NCBI GenBank assembly: GCA_035221665.1
Contig: CM069137.1
Span: 38,502,001-38,565,882, forward strand
DNA from: Okamejei kenojei
Taxonomy: Eukaryota
Length of the DNA stretch: 63,882 nucleotides
Reading direction: 5' to 3'
The position numbers were made by a program, and so were the translations under genes. Each line of letters starts with the position of its first letter. Position 1 is the stretch's first letter. Shown piece by piece: positions 27,450 through 41,091 of the stretch. The notes under the pieces were generated by a model. That model saw only the letters and a list, made by a program, of their open reading frames with translations. It did not search any database and was not told the origin of the DNA.

Positions 27450-27954
27450 CAGAGGACGGTCTGTCTGAATACCTAGTGCAATAAACCCAGGCAGGCCACA
27501 TTAGAGCCGCTGATGATGCCGATTTGTTTCCATCACTGTTGGATATAGGTTCTGCATTAGCCCCCACAAGCATAAGCGCCGAGCCAGTGTTTTCTGCATA
27601 CTTTGTCGAATTAGTTCCATTGCCTTCGTTTTGCTTTGGTTGAGACTGCTTGGATGGCTGCGAGGAACTGTCACTACAATCTGAATCCGGACTGAGACTT
27701 GATGCATTTGACGGCCTTGTGAGCGGGTTGACGTTTTCTCTCCCAGAGGTCTGCGCCCGATCTCTCTCCTTCTTGCACCCAAAGTCCGGCCTCAAAATAT
27801 TATCAATAAAAAAGTTAGTGTTTCTGTGCGGCTGCTGCGCCGCTGGATGGGGCTGTATTTGGGGCGACTGGAAAGGAGGAGAGATAGAAACGCGATCCGC
27901 CTCGCTCGGCTCTCTAATCTCCACGCGGATGTTTTGATCTTTCTGCTCTTCCAT
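27450..27954 (-). CDS. en1: Engrailed-1 homeobox protein, coding exon 1 (168 codons + 1 nt)
   Basis: ATG at 27954 (MEEQKD...). Contains EH1 motif HRNTNFFIDNILRPDFG and EH2 motif WPAWVYCTRYSDRPSS. Ends at donor TCT G|GTAAGA (phase 1). Confidence 0.96.
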
Positions 27955-28199
27955 ATTTCGAGCTGTCAATTGCACCCACTTGATCCTTGCCCCACTTGAT
28001 AGGCGACGTATCCAAGAGGACGAAAGCCAAACACCTTATTCGATGTCTTTTGGCAGTCGGCTCTCCCTGACTTTTGAACGACAGCTGCTCTATGTACTTG
28101 GCATGGTGGGGGTCTCGGTGCATTCACCTCCACTTTTCATACTTACTGTGCCATGCAAAGCTGGCACTGCATTGATCTTTGTTTGGAGTCCGTGGCGAT

Positions 28200-28370
28200 T
28201 CTCTGACAGTGCGAGCTTTGCAAACTCCTAAATCGCTGCCTCTCAGACACTTTTCCCAGCCACCGGAAGCACGTGAATGGCAGGGCACGTGCTTTCCACC
28301 AATCAGCGGGCCGAGCGTCAAGCCCCCGGGGTGGACCCCTAGTAACAGCGGCCGGGCTGGCCAATGGCAA
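28200..28370 (-). promoter_or_regulatory. Probable en1 proximal promoter
   Basis: GC/CpG-rich block ~250-400 nt upstream of the ATG. ETS CCGGAAG 28263-28269, E-boxes CACGTG 28270-28275 and 28286-28291, CCAAT boxes 28299-28303 and 28361-28365. Confidence 0.6.
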
Positions 28371-30632
28371 GCGCAGCTTTTCCCAAATAAATAAAACGAA
28401 ATGAAACGTAATCAGGGGTTCACCGCTGGGTCTTGCAGACCCATTTCCTAGACTCTTTGCAATAAGCAAACATGCAAAAACGATTACCCCAAAATTGCAC
28501 TCCAATTTTACCTAAACTTTCTGTGAAACCCCTAAAGATCTGTCACTTCATTCTGTAAGAGTTTCTCAAGAAAGCTCGATCTGTTCGTAGGTTTCAATAG
28601 CTGGAATTGTGTCAGTGCATTAACTTGTGTTGCAGAACAGACGCAGTTATCTTTGTTTCTTTTGTTTTAACAAACAGTGAGTACAAAATTTGCTGTGAGC
28701 TTCATCGCGGAAAAAAAATCTGTCAGATTCAATTCGTGGATACAATATAATTCAAGATAATTCATGCTTCCGTTAATGATGTGACGACCGTCGTAAGATG
28801 AAACGACAGGTCTATAGCTCTATATGTTGGCTAATGTTGTTGCGACGTACAAGGTAAAGTTAATTGAATTTTACTTTCACAGATGGTGAAACTTTCCACC
28901 TCGTCGTTATAAATTCAGCCCTCCAGTTTTCGTATTGGTGAAGGTATCACTGCGCTCTGCTGCACTGGTAGCTTAAGTCAAATAGGTTCTGTTAAGTTTT
29001 CGATAATACTTACCTGTAAACTCCAAGTGAGGTGTCCCTCATCGAAAATTTGTCATGGGATTGTGAGTAAAATCTATCTTCGACTTGTCGGAAAAAATGT
29101 ACGTTGCCTATTTTATGGATGTCGAAGTGAAAATAGCAAATTCACACACGATAGCTATGAAACAAAACTAAGCAAACATCGTCCGCGAAAAGGATGCCAT
29201 TTTATGGTGCCAGGGGCATTAATATTCCCAACTTGCAGTTATGGCACAGCTATACATATACTTTTGCACAAAATAATATATTGTTAATAGATACTTTCCT
29301 TTTTCCCATAAAATATATATTGATACTGTCTTTATGTAGATATTTAGGTTCACCTGAACCTGTACTAAAGTTAAGTCTGATATTACAAAAGTAAACAAGA
29401 CTCTTCAACCTAACTTCATAAATATTAAACTTCAAAACTATGCTTCATACATATTAAAACGTGTTTGTTCTGGGTTGACGAAATACTGGTACCTAAATAA
29501 TGATCTAGTGCTTCATCTCCTTGTTTTACCACAATAATCTCAGCGTCATAGTATTGCCGGGTATTTTTATATGATTTTAAATAAGTTAGGAAACAGTGAT
29601 CCAAATTAAAACAAAATCTGTTTACCATTGAACATGGGAGCAATTATCTGCCATTAACATTGTGCACGTTTTGTGACAATAAGGGTGATAACAGTCTCTA
29701 AATGACGGCTTGTAACCCAAATTGCAATGGACACTAGTTCCAAAAGACAGCAAAAAAAAACGAATGTATTCTTTCATTAATATTTTTTATGAAATAAAAA
29801 CATCCAATTTCACATTGCAGCAATCACTTTTTTGCACAAAGCTATAGATTAAATCGTTTGAACATTCATATAAACTAATCATGAAACAATGATAAATTAA
29901 GCAAACCGTGCCGCAGGTATTCTTTCGTTTGAATGGGTCTATATGTTACTCAAACGACCCAAGAAGTTTAAAGAAAATAAATGCCAAATGCCAGTGAATC
30001 TAAGTAATATTTAGAAAAAGGTAAGCGGCAAAATATTCATTACTGCCGCTTCAACGTTTCTTTTTTTTACTCGAAGAAGTTTGGGTAATAACCACCGTAA
30101 TTGTGCATTATTCTTTAAAAAAAGTAGAAAATAAGAAAACTGGTGTTTCGAAGTAGGCGAACAACAAACAACAATTAAATATGGTGCCTCTTACGCAAAA
30201 AAAAAAAGCAAGCCTCCTTTCGAACCAAAGGTTTATTTATATTTAAGTTAGCAAAATTGAAATCTTTATCCCAAAAGCGAGCCTGGGTACTTAATTAAAT
30301 TCTAATTACGACACTATCAATATCCCATTTAGCTACGTAGCTATTGTTGGATTCAGCCCTTTTCATGCAGTAAATGGAGTATCGGTGGCTTATCTCGACT
30401 GCAAGAGACGCCTTGAGAAGCGCTGCAAAAGATAATTTATAGGTTTTAATTACTCTTCATTCCGCCTGATCAGCTTGGCGTTCATCACATGTGAGTGAAT
30501 AAAATCTGGTCAAAAGCACTGTCAGTATTCCCTGGCAAGACGCTTAATCAAAGTAAGCAGGGCGATATTACACGCTGAGAGATCCTAAACGTAATTTAGA
30601 AGCTGCTGATAAAGCTGGTTGAATAATGCCCC

Positions 30633-30764
30633 NNNNNNNNNNNNNNNNNNNNNNNNNNNNNNNNNNNNNNNNNNNNNNNNNNNNNNNNNNNNNNNNNNNN
30701 NNNNNNNNNNNNNNNNNNNNNNNNNNNNNNNNNNNNNNNNNNNNNNNNNNNNNNNNNNNNNNNN
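30633..30764. other. Assembly gap (132 N)
   Basis: Run of n. Confidence 1.
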
Positions 30765-32168
30765 TTTTATTATTGAATATAATACACACACCCATTTCAA
30801 ATCCTATATATACACTCAAGCGCTAAGGAAGCTGCAACACGAGCCGAGGAAATTTATACACAGAGGCGCCTAAGAAGGAAAACGTTTTAGTTGTGTATCA
30901 TAACATAAAGACTCGGAGATTTGTCAGTTGATTTACTCCTAAATATGAAAAATACAAAATCTAAATTTTAGGTTCCAAGTGAGTGTGTTCGACAGTTTGT
31001 GTGATGAAGTAGAACATACTTTGTAATAAAAATCTATAGATTATGCAAGACACTTAAAGTAAATCACTGTTAAAATCAGTAATTCTAAAAAGTGCAAACA
31101 TTTTCATCAATTTTCTGATTCGACCTCGCCAGTGCTTTCTTCTTATTAACCAGTCTGTTGTGACATCGAAATATATAACTTCTCTGTCCACATATCTAAA
31201 GGTCGTGATCAAATCACTTTCGGCTACTCCTTGAAGGACGTAAATGAGTTGTTCCCATACAATGGATTTCATCGCTCCTACAGCGAATCGGTGACCAAGG
31301 GTTTTGTTTGAATTGAATGCGAATAGATTTCTTCCACAAATGCACCATTCTAATTAGGAGCTGTAAGGTCAAGCTGTACACATTCTATGTCCCTAACGCT
31401 AGACATCGGAAATGTGTGGGGCAGCAAGTCATTACCTGCCGATCCTTTCATTGTACTAATTCAGCTCGGATCAAATGATTTGGTACCAATTTGTAAAGGA
31501 ACCTCGCATACTCCATTAGTTTAGGAAAGTGTAATAACGTGTTCATGCAATCTAATTACATAGCACGTTTGAGGAAATAGAATTCCCATTTACTGGACAA
31601 TCGTGATGCGATTAGATGCAACACTGCAATTATTTACTCAAATGTTGCGATATATTTGCGCATATTAAATATATTAGGAATGCAGTAATCAAGTCGCCAT
31701 TTTTGCTTCCAGATTTGCAAAGAAATATATTTGCAATGATTTGATCTCATTACAGTGATTATTTGATCAAGGTTTGAAAATCGGCATGTGGAATGATTTT
31801 AATAAAACGATTTCAATTTCAGTCCACAGAGTGCGCTCAAGCCTTTATTTAGTCTAGAAACAAGCAGCCTGGCTGTAAATATGTTTGGAAGTGCAATCAT
31901 CAGTGGAAGCCGGACAGCTTTAACGGTGGGTCCACGCTGATCAGTTTAGAAATCCTAGTGTCACGTGCCACGGTTTGTGACCGTGTTGCTCGCGTTTTCT
32001 TGCCTTCACTTCCGAATAAAATCTGCAGTCAGCGAATCGTTTAACGATCAGCTGCATCTCCAAGCACACAGCAGACGGGCATTAAGGCCCGGCAAACCTG
32101 ATACTTGACATACAAACTTACGCAGGCACTAGGTTTTCAGTGCCAAGGAAAATGCGATGGTTCAGGTC

Positions 32169-32350
32169 ACATGGAAACATAGACAATAGGTGCATGAGTA
32201 GGCCATTCTGCCCCTCGACCCAGCACCGCCATTCAATATGATCATGGCTGATCATCCAAAATTAGTACCCAGTTCCTGTTTCCCCCACCCCACCACCATA
32301 TCCCTTGCTTCCGTTAGCCCTAAGAACTATGTCTAACTCTCTCTTGAATA
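32169..32350 (-). mobile_element. CR1 LINE 3' end (same family as 105-1922)
   Basis: Reverse complement matches GGATGATCAGCCATGATCATATTGAATGGCGGTGCTGG...GGCCTACTC..GCACCTATTGTCTATGTTTC. Confidence 0.85.
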
Positions 32351-34894
32351 CAGGTTAAAGCTTAGTAAGTAATGATGTGGCTTTAGACCTGTTTTTATCT
32401 ATTTCAAGTTTGAATATCTGCCGCATCATTCCATTGATGTATAATCATGAAAGGGAAATAAGCATGCAGCATAGTCCATAAGATAAAGTAAATGCTTCCA
32501 CGCCCTCAGCCCCACCCCTCCCCCAAAAGCGCCAAATTACCCCAAGCGTTTGTATTCGCGTATTCCGGCATCAATCCGCGCATCAACTACATGACCATCT
32601 ACAACGTCCAGATTGCCACAGTCGCTTTGTTTTGATGGTGCTATATGTTCTTATTGAATCCATGCCAAATGTTTAGTCGCTTTCTTAAATCAAACCCATA
32701 AGTATGTCAAATGCTTAGAAATAATTATGTTATGACGATGCTTATTCATTTAATTATTGTTTGAACTGAACTCTAACGAGTAAAGCGTTTGCATTTTATT
32801 TTGCTGGATCCATTTTTATCCATTAATCATTCCTGCGATGCACTTTAGAAGGTTTTACAATTGATTCGTTATCACAGCTGTAACCAAAATTACCAGGCAA
32901 GTCAAAAGGCAAATGAACGAGAGTAACATTTATTATCTACAATGCATCGCATTTAAAACTGCAAAAACGATATTCCAGACCAACTAATATACTCCCGTTC
33001 CAATGCCACCTAATATGAAAAGTTTTGTAAACTGGTGCAAATATATTACTTTTTAGAAACAAAAGTCCATTGGTGTTGAATGAAACAGTCTGCGACGGAG
33101 CGGATTTTTTCATGATGTAATTCTGCTGCGGCCCAGTGGTAGCTGAAGGAATTAATCATCCCAGTTATTAGTACATAACAAAAATCCTAAATAGCTGCAG
33201 GTCACCATTCTCACTTTCTGTTGATGCAACAAACAATGCACAGGACCCATGTACAGGACGGGGATTGCGCCTGCGAGGTAAGTGCATTAATTAAGCGAAA
33301 TAACCAGCTCGGTGTAAACGAGGAACAAAAAAGAGTCAGACGGAGATCCAATTTGCCACATGCGATAATTTATAATCGGAAAGTATTTAATTCAGCCTTT
33401 TCAAACTTTTATGTTTAATAATAGGGCTTTTTATCAAAACATCTTCACTGTGTATTTAGCGAGGCACACGGAATTCCGAATGCAGGCTACGAAAGGGCAT
33501 TCTTTACCTTACTTCACCTGGCAGATTGTGACAATACGTTTAATTCTGTGAAAAGTGACAGATTTATTTGAATGGAATAGAAATATTGCGCGGAACTTTG
33601 AAAACGTTTCTCAATTTTCAAAGTTTTTTCTTGTGAAATTGTACTTGCAATGTATGATTTCGTTTACTGCTGACTTTGCATGTTTCTCATTTTAGTGGAG
33701 GAAATCAGCCACTTAAGTTTGGCTTCGTTTAATAATAACAATAAACCTAAAATATGTGATGCAGTATTTTCTATAAAATTTCAAATATGTGCCAACTAGG
33801 ATGCCGAAACAAAGTGTGTATTTTTTAATTTAGGTGAAACAAGTCCTCTCACTCCTGTGGCTTGAAGACCGGAAGCGCCATCTAGCGCATTTGTTCTGGT
33901 CGGCGTTAACACATCCTATTCAAATAACTTAAAATTTATTATTTGACGGAATATATAAAGGACATATAATATGTAACATAATTCTGGCAGTACAAACCAA
34001 TGATCCATTCAAATGCCTGCACAATTATGATATCTATACGTGGATGGAATAATCTTGTGGTTATAATTTGCGTTTCCCTTGTTTTCCACTTTGAGTACGG
34101 ACGCGTTGGGACAGGATCTGCCTACATATCTATGGTCCAACTCACTACAACATTTAAACAAACAATTCAAAAACAAAATCATCCTGATTTAATTATAAAT
34201 TAAATCAAATCGTCTGTCAACGCTGTTAGCATGAAAGGCATTTTGTTTATTTACATCAGTGTAGCAACGAGGTAAAAGTCAATAATGTTCTGAGAAAATA
34301 CACTGTAAAATATTCAGTTCACTAATGCGCATATGGGAAGCTTCTGGTGTAAAAAGGAAAACAATTCTTAACACAACAAACCCCACTGTTTCGACGGTTC
34401 TGCAATTTTGCTCGAGAGTTTTGCAAATAATTCCTGAGCTCTTCAAAACTTTCGAAGGTGATTGTGGTAAGAACTTGTTTAAAACAATTAAAAGTTGCAA
34501 ATAATGTAAATATGTTTTGGTAGAATAAGGCTTATTTCATCTACCTTTGCCCACAAATGAAATTATATCAATTTCGTGGCGGATTATCAACAGACGATTT
34601 TTATTTTTAATTGCAATTTGTGGTCAATTGGATTGATTTGAAATAATATAGTAGTTCTCCCACGTATGGAATTAATTACAAAAGACAATATATTTTGATC
34701 CTTAAAACATTCTAGAGGATTAAATAAATCATTTTCCTAGCAACAGAGCAAAATGTTTATTAGACATTTATTTAACTGTAGAATAGCGCCGTCAGTCATA
34801 TGTCATCTGATATTTAAGCTACATTTTATGGGGGCAATTTATATACATTTGCAATCAAAATAAATGTTGGCATCAATACATTGAAGATATCCTT

Positions 34895-34936
34895 ACCACG
34901 GTAATATACATGAACCACGGTAATATACATGAACCA
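34895..34936. repeat. 19-bp tandem duplication
   Basis: ACCACGGTAATATACATGA twice, then ACCA. Confidence 0.9.
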
Positions 34937-37362
34937 TCAACAATCACGGATAAAGTATTAATGTAGTACCACAACTAAACCCTAAGGGGCGCGCATTGTG
35001 CTTGAACGATGCGTTTCGCGAGGAGAGACCCAGCTGCCTGCGGTGTCTAAAGTAATAAACATTCACAGTCGAACTTTCTTTTTTGATATTCACCATTTTT
35101 AATATGTTCTAACTGTAGGTACACGAACTAAGCAGGTGCAAATATTCCGTTATTGTAATTATTTATTTAAAATGCCATCTTCTACAGTCTCAAGTATAAG
35201 AACAGTGATAATTTGATTGTTTAGTACCATTCCACTTATACACATCTGCATCATTTTAATGTCGATGCGTGGTGTCTTCACTACTTGCGCACAGATCTAT
35301 TGATGCATTTGTATTTAATTATTTAGACTTAGTAATAGTTTAAAGGAACGGAACAGAATGAATGTGAATGTTGGAGAAGGTAGGACAATATTTGAAGAGC
35401 TGTATTAAATCGTGACCTCTCGAAGTTTAATCCTTCATCGATTTTTTTTGTGGATTTTGCAATCTGTTCTTCATACCTCCTCCTCTCCCTACCCCACCCC
35501 CTCATTCTCCGCGCGCTCACCACTACCAAAAGCTAACTTATCATTGCCACATGGTGGTAGCTCCACAGTTTACAGGAACGTTATACATGGCTTTGCTAGT
35601 GTTGGCTGGCTGGGGTGTCTGACTTTCTGATGCGATACAAAAACTTCATTTAAAGGCAGAATACCATTGTGTTAGTTTATATTCTACGCGATTAAGATCA
35701 CGAATAATAGAGTTGTCCTCCAATGCTTAAAACAACTCCACTGGATTGATAAGGCGCATGTATGAAGTGTGAATCATTAAGCGATTCATTCGTGGACTGA
35801 ATTCCGAAGTGTCTGGGTCGGTTTGCAGGAAATGTGGAAAGTAGAAAAGGGTTTCCTCCGTATGATATTGATATATTAGGTCATTCTTTTACGACTGTTA
35901 AATGCAACAGGCAGCTTAATCTAGAATGGAAAATAAATCGCTGTTTTATATTATTATTTTTATTGTTTAAAGGAGCTGACTGAAGTATTCCTTTCTGCGC
36001 AACGGAGACAGCGCTGGCGCCAGTACATCGACTCACCAAAATGCTATCTGCAGATTTAGGGTATTTTATGCACTGCGAACCACTATAGATTTCGAATGAG
36101 TTATGATACATTTGGCGCAACAACTACATTGAAGTATAAAACTAGGTCTTCTTTATCAAATTATTACTTAACACGGTTAAGATGCAGATAATATTTATTT
36201 CCTACATGTCGGTCTTTCCTCAGAAATTGTAAATATCTAAATACAACATTGTTCCAGAGATATTTCCGATGCTTTTTGGTGGGCTTGGATACATCCTACT
36301 ACGCCATCTTCAATCAACATATCAACACATTTTTTAATCTAATATTCTTGTGTCAACTCATTAAACTCGAATATCAGTAATATGAACTATCAACTAGAAT
36401 ATCTAGAATATTAATGACTGGTGAAATCTTTGGGACTTAAGGAACGTTTTGGGGTGATATCAGCAACTAATGATATCTTTAGGATCTCGGAAAAGTTTTT
36501 GGATGAACCTTGAATTGGTTTTGGAATGGATTACTTCCAGAATGCTTCGGATCTACAGTTTTTGCCGAAGTTACCGAAGTATAGATCACCGCTCAGGGAC
36601 GGAGTAAAATGTCAGGTGATGATTTCTTTGTTAAATGCGCTCCAGTTTGTCCAATTTTAAAAAAAAAAGTAACAAATAGTCTGATTAATTGCGAGAATAA
36701 TTCGATTAAGTACTTGCCGGATGTAATACCCCATTGACAAAATAGTGTCAACCATATGTGCTACCCACAAGCGCCTCCCGGGTCTAGATCAGTCATCTAA
36801 AAAAGCATGGAGTCATTTAAAAATTATGGCACTGCTTACCAATGAAGATTATCCATGTCATTTTGTAGTCACTTCTGTTAACCTCTTTTCAAAAATAAAA
36901 TTGGCTTTGAAATTCCTAAAATAACGTCTGTATTCTGTCTCCAGCTTCTTCCCCAATCCTATGATTCTAGTCCACAATCCTTTCAAAATATGGTTTGTAT
37001 TTTCTAGACTCTTCTGATCTCCATAGGATGTCATTCCTCTTAAAAAAAAAGAAATCATGCATGCTTATATAAAATGTAATTAGTGTTAATATCAAGAGCA
37101 GACATATACACACTGTTTTCAGTGTGTCAGCAGCAAGGGCTTATTTACCAATGCCTCTGGTGCCCACAAGACTTCTTACTTGGATGCTTCATTTTCCATT
37201 TATCTCCCATTATCAACTAGAAATATTGCACGAGATACCACACAAATGCTGACAACAATCATCTTTCTCTCCAACTAACACTTCTCCAGACACTCTCCAT
37301 ATTCTATACCATTTTAATTGACATTGAAATCTGTGTGACCAGAAATATCCCCCAACAATACT

Positions 37363-37401
37363 GGGGGGGGGGGGGGGGGGGGAGGGGGGGGGGGAGGGAG
37401 G
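37363..37401 (+). repeat. Poly-G tract (potential G-quadruplex)
   Basis: Nearly pure G run. Confidence 0.9.
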
Positions 37402-39759
37402 ACGGACACTAAGGCATCATCATTATTACAAACTTTGTACCCTAATCTTTTTTCTCTCTATCGCACATGTCTGAAACTGAATCCAACCATGGTGGCGTCT
37501 ATCACTAAAATCACTTGCTTCCGTGCCAGCAACATCCCCGCATTAGCTCATCTCCTGTCTATGCTACCTGGAGACTTGATGCTTCCAATAGACTCTTGGC
37601 CATTCTCACTTGATTTACTCATCATAAACCTGATCTAATAACTTGCCCCAAACCCCCATCACCGATCATTTTCTGGCTACAATGGCTCCTGAATAAACAA
37701 TACCACAATTTCCGCTTGATATCTTTTGATGTGCATTGGAAACAACCTTTTCCTTAAAGAAATGTACTATGAAATGACTTGGTTATTGTGTGTGTCAGAA
37801 ATGTTACATAAATGGAAAATGTGCTTTTGTGTGCTCAACTGTCTTTCCACTTATTCAAGTTCTATTTCAGAAATTTAAGATAGTGCAACTCTGCAATGGG
37901 GCAGCACTGTAAGAGGTTAAGCTGAATTTTTGCCTGCTCTACAAGGAGTTGTGTAAGATTTCATAGTAATATTTGAAGAAAAACAAGGAGCAATCCTGTC
38001 TAAAATCCACCCTTTTGACTATGTCCCCAGTCCCTCAAATATCCTTATTGTTTGTAAGGTCTGTTGCTAAAAAAAGGTCATCCTTGCATATCTTCAAATT
38101 CATAATTTAGTTCTCAAAATAGCAATGTCAGTATAAATGCTGGAAAAAAATCAGCTTTGCAAGATTTACTAATGGTAGGTAAGAAAACAGATTTGTTGAT
38201 GGGAATTTTTAATATACGCAGATGGTGAACAACAATTTTTAACATCGATGGTGAACAGCCCAGAAATGTACAGAAAAGATGGCAAGCAAGGAAATGTATA
38301 TTTCAAAGAATGAACTCTGGTCAGAAAATCTGAAGGTGTTGAAAAAAATAACTGGAATTAAAGAGCATCAAAACAATGGAACTGCTTCAATCCAATTAGA
38401 TAATAGGCAGTGCAAATAGTTTGACAAACTAATGAATTCTACAAAAGTATACAATTGACATTTAGGCATGTTGGCAGAGAGAGAATGATAGCAAACATAA
38501 GGCCATAGGAAAATAGAGATCTAATACATAAACAAAATTTGATTTTTTTGCATTTTAACTATTTTGTGAAATAAAATCCATGTTATAAAATGGGCTATGA
38601 ATTCTAGGTGACTGCAGGGATTCCTCCAGATCTATAAAATTATCAAATGTCCATTGCTCAGCTTTTTACTTCTATATTTTCTGCATTCATTCCAATACCT
38701 GTATATTAATTCTATTTGCACATTTTTGCCCAGATTTTCTAGTTGAAATTGATTTTTAATGTTTGGCTTTTCATGTCATTATATTGAAAGTGACAGCAAT
38801 GTCTGGACTTTACATTTGCAAAGATAAGTATAACAATCCAGGCTCTGCACTCAGCTTTAGTCTCTCCCTTCACAGGGTGTGCTTTTGAAGTGCTTGCAGA
38901 TGGAAATGTTTTTTGAACTTACTGAATCTGCAAAACCTTCAAATTTTATTTTTGGTGTAAACATCTTTGAAAAAGTTAAGTTTTGTTGATTCAAGATTAA
39001 ATATTTTAGTTCAGAAATCCATAATTACTACCCATTATTGCTCTGGCAATGAAAAGCTCTATATATGGTCCAGTGCTGTCCAAATAAATAGCTTAAAATG
39101 AATTATTTTACAAACATAATTTTAAAGTTTGTTTATGATATTTCAACTGCTGGTATAATTTGTTGGTATTATAATATGTTTATTTTTTAATGACAATATA
39201 TGAATAGATGATTAAACAATGTGGCTTTTTAATTATTTGTTTATTTTATGAGGGAATTTAAAATGTGATTGGCTGTTTAACTAGTTTGATGTCACTGTTG
39301 TTGGAAGTCAGAGCTTCCTTGTAGTTTAATACAGAATTAATATTGGGAAATGATAAATCCATTTTAGAGAATACTAGATCCTTGGTGCGATACTCTCCTT
39401 GAGCTTGATGACAAGAAAATTAATTTTTCAACTGCAGATGGCTCTCCATTCATTTATTCATAGAAACCATTTCTTGCATGATTGTATAAATTCTTGGACA
39501 TAGAGTTTAATACAAAGGTTACTCCTGTCTTTAATACATGTCATTGACTTGTCAGTGCAGAGCACAATTTTTAAATTTGCAGACGGAAAACTTGGAAGTA
39601 TATTAAAATATGAAAATGGCTGTAATGCCATTTGGAAAGTGACCATATGGCAGCCAAAATCAATGCATTAAAATGTGCGATGCTGTTAAGGTAAGAAGTA
39701 AAAGTAGAGCCAATACTTGCTGAACATATATCAAATTTGGTGAAAATTCTTATGTTTGT

Positions 39760-40342
39760 GCACATCTATTTGGAGGATAAGTTATTAAAGCAGTTAATAC
39801 AGCTCATGGTATTCTCGCCTTTGTTAATAGAGATATAAAGTACAAAAGATAGGAGGTTATGACAAAGTCATAACACAGTACTACAGCATTAGTGTGTATA
39901 CATAGCATCTTAGCCTGGCGGAAGAGGTTGAGAATGCTTTGATTATTCTTTCAGTGAATTCAGATGATGTTTTTGATACTTTTCCTAAGCCTTGAGTTGC
40001 ATGCTGTATAATGGGATACTTTCACTACTGGGAGAGTCTTGAACAATGGGAGATAACCACAAGATAAAGGGCAGGTCCTTTAAAACAGCGGTACATCATT
40101 TTTCACAGAGGGTGGCAAATCTCTGGAATGATCTACCCAACAAGGTGGTTGAAGCTGAATCATTTAAAGTATGTAAAGTAAGATGGATCAGAATTCAATG
40201 GATCAAGGAAGAGAGGGATATGGATAAATAACACATGAGAGAAGTTAAAGCAATCAAAGATTAACCACGATCATGTTCAAAGGTGGGGAAGACTCAATGA
40301 GCCTGAAGGCCTAGCCTAGCTCCTATTTTCTTGTGTTCTTGC
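39760..40342 (+). mobile_element. Old CR1 fragments
   Basis: HFSQRVANLWNDLP.KVVEAES and a CR1-like tail. Confidence 0.65.
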
Positions 40343-40499
40343 GATGGAACATATCACAAAGGGATATTGTTAATTAATGTAATGGAAAGAATTTGTACAT
40401 ATATAAGTGTGAAATTTCTATAAAATCTTAACTCGTGTTGCTGTAGATTGTCAAGGTCTTAGAACAATATAACAGCATTTGGAGCAAGTCTATACAGTA

Positions 40500-41005
40500 G
40501 ACCTAGTGCATTCTGCCAGGCTTGAGGTCTTGATCTTCAAATATCCTTTTCCACATTTGACCAAGAACTGCCTTTGCTGAATGTTAGCTTCTAATATATG
40601 GGAAATGCTCCATCTTTTCCAAGGACTCACTGTGAACTTATATTTTCAAGGCCAGCAGACCAGAGGTCCTCTATCTTTGGGATGCTGAGTGTAAGATTCC
40701 TCTTGTCATATTGAGGTCCCAAAGACATTTAATCAGCTGCATTGGGCAGTCCATATCAATCACGTGTCTAATAGCAGCCTCATGAAAGACATTTGGTATT
40801 GAGAGCGCCCAAAACCTCACATTGAAAACACACAGAGGCCCTAGTAAGCAGCAGAAGGAGTGGGCCACCTCATAAATTAATCAGGTGTCCACCACTTCAG
40901 AACCTATCTGTCCCATTTGTGGGAGAGTATGGGGTTCCCACATTGGGCATGCATGAAGAAGAAAATGGGAGTAGAAGTAAGTCATCGTCTATCCAGTGAC
41001 AGACG
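40500..41005 (+). mobile_element. Degenerate RTE-like LINE 3' fragment
   Basis: Remnants of a W.GH..R motif and a C-terminal CPICGRV.GSHIG zinc-finger-like string. Confidence 0.35.
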
Positions 41006-41015
41006 AAATAGCGAT

Positions 41016-41090
41016 CAGAAATGCTGGAATTGCTCAGCAGATCAGACACAAAGAGAGTGAAATGTTTCAAGTCCATGAATTTTCATCGGC
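41016..41090 (-). mobile_element. Degenerate relative of the hammerhead-core SINE-like element
   Basis: Minus strand reads CCGATGAA...GACTTGAAACATT...CTGCTGAGCAATTCCAGCATTTC. Confidence 0.45.
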
Positions 41091-41091
41091 A

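Noticed and set aside
24512-27954. Assignment as en2
   Set aside because: Most diagnostic residues in EH1, EH3, the homeodomain and the C-terminus are En1-type.
27955-27975. N-terminal extension MQLTARN of the En1 ORF
   Set aside because: Starts at GTG; MEE at 27954 matches engrailed N-termini.
30568-30873. ORFs spanning the N run
   Set aside because: Artefacts of the assembly gap.
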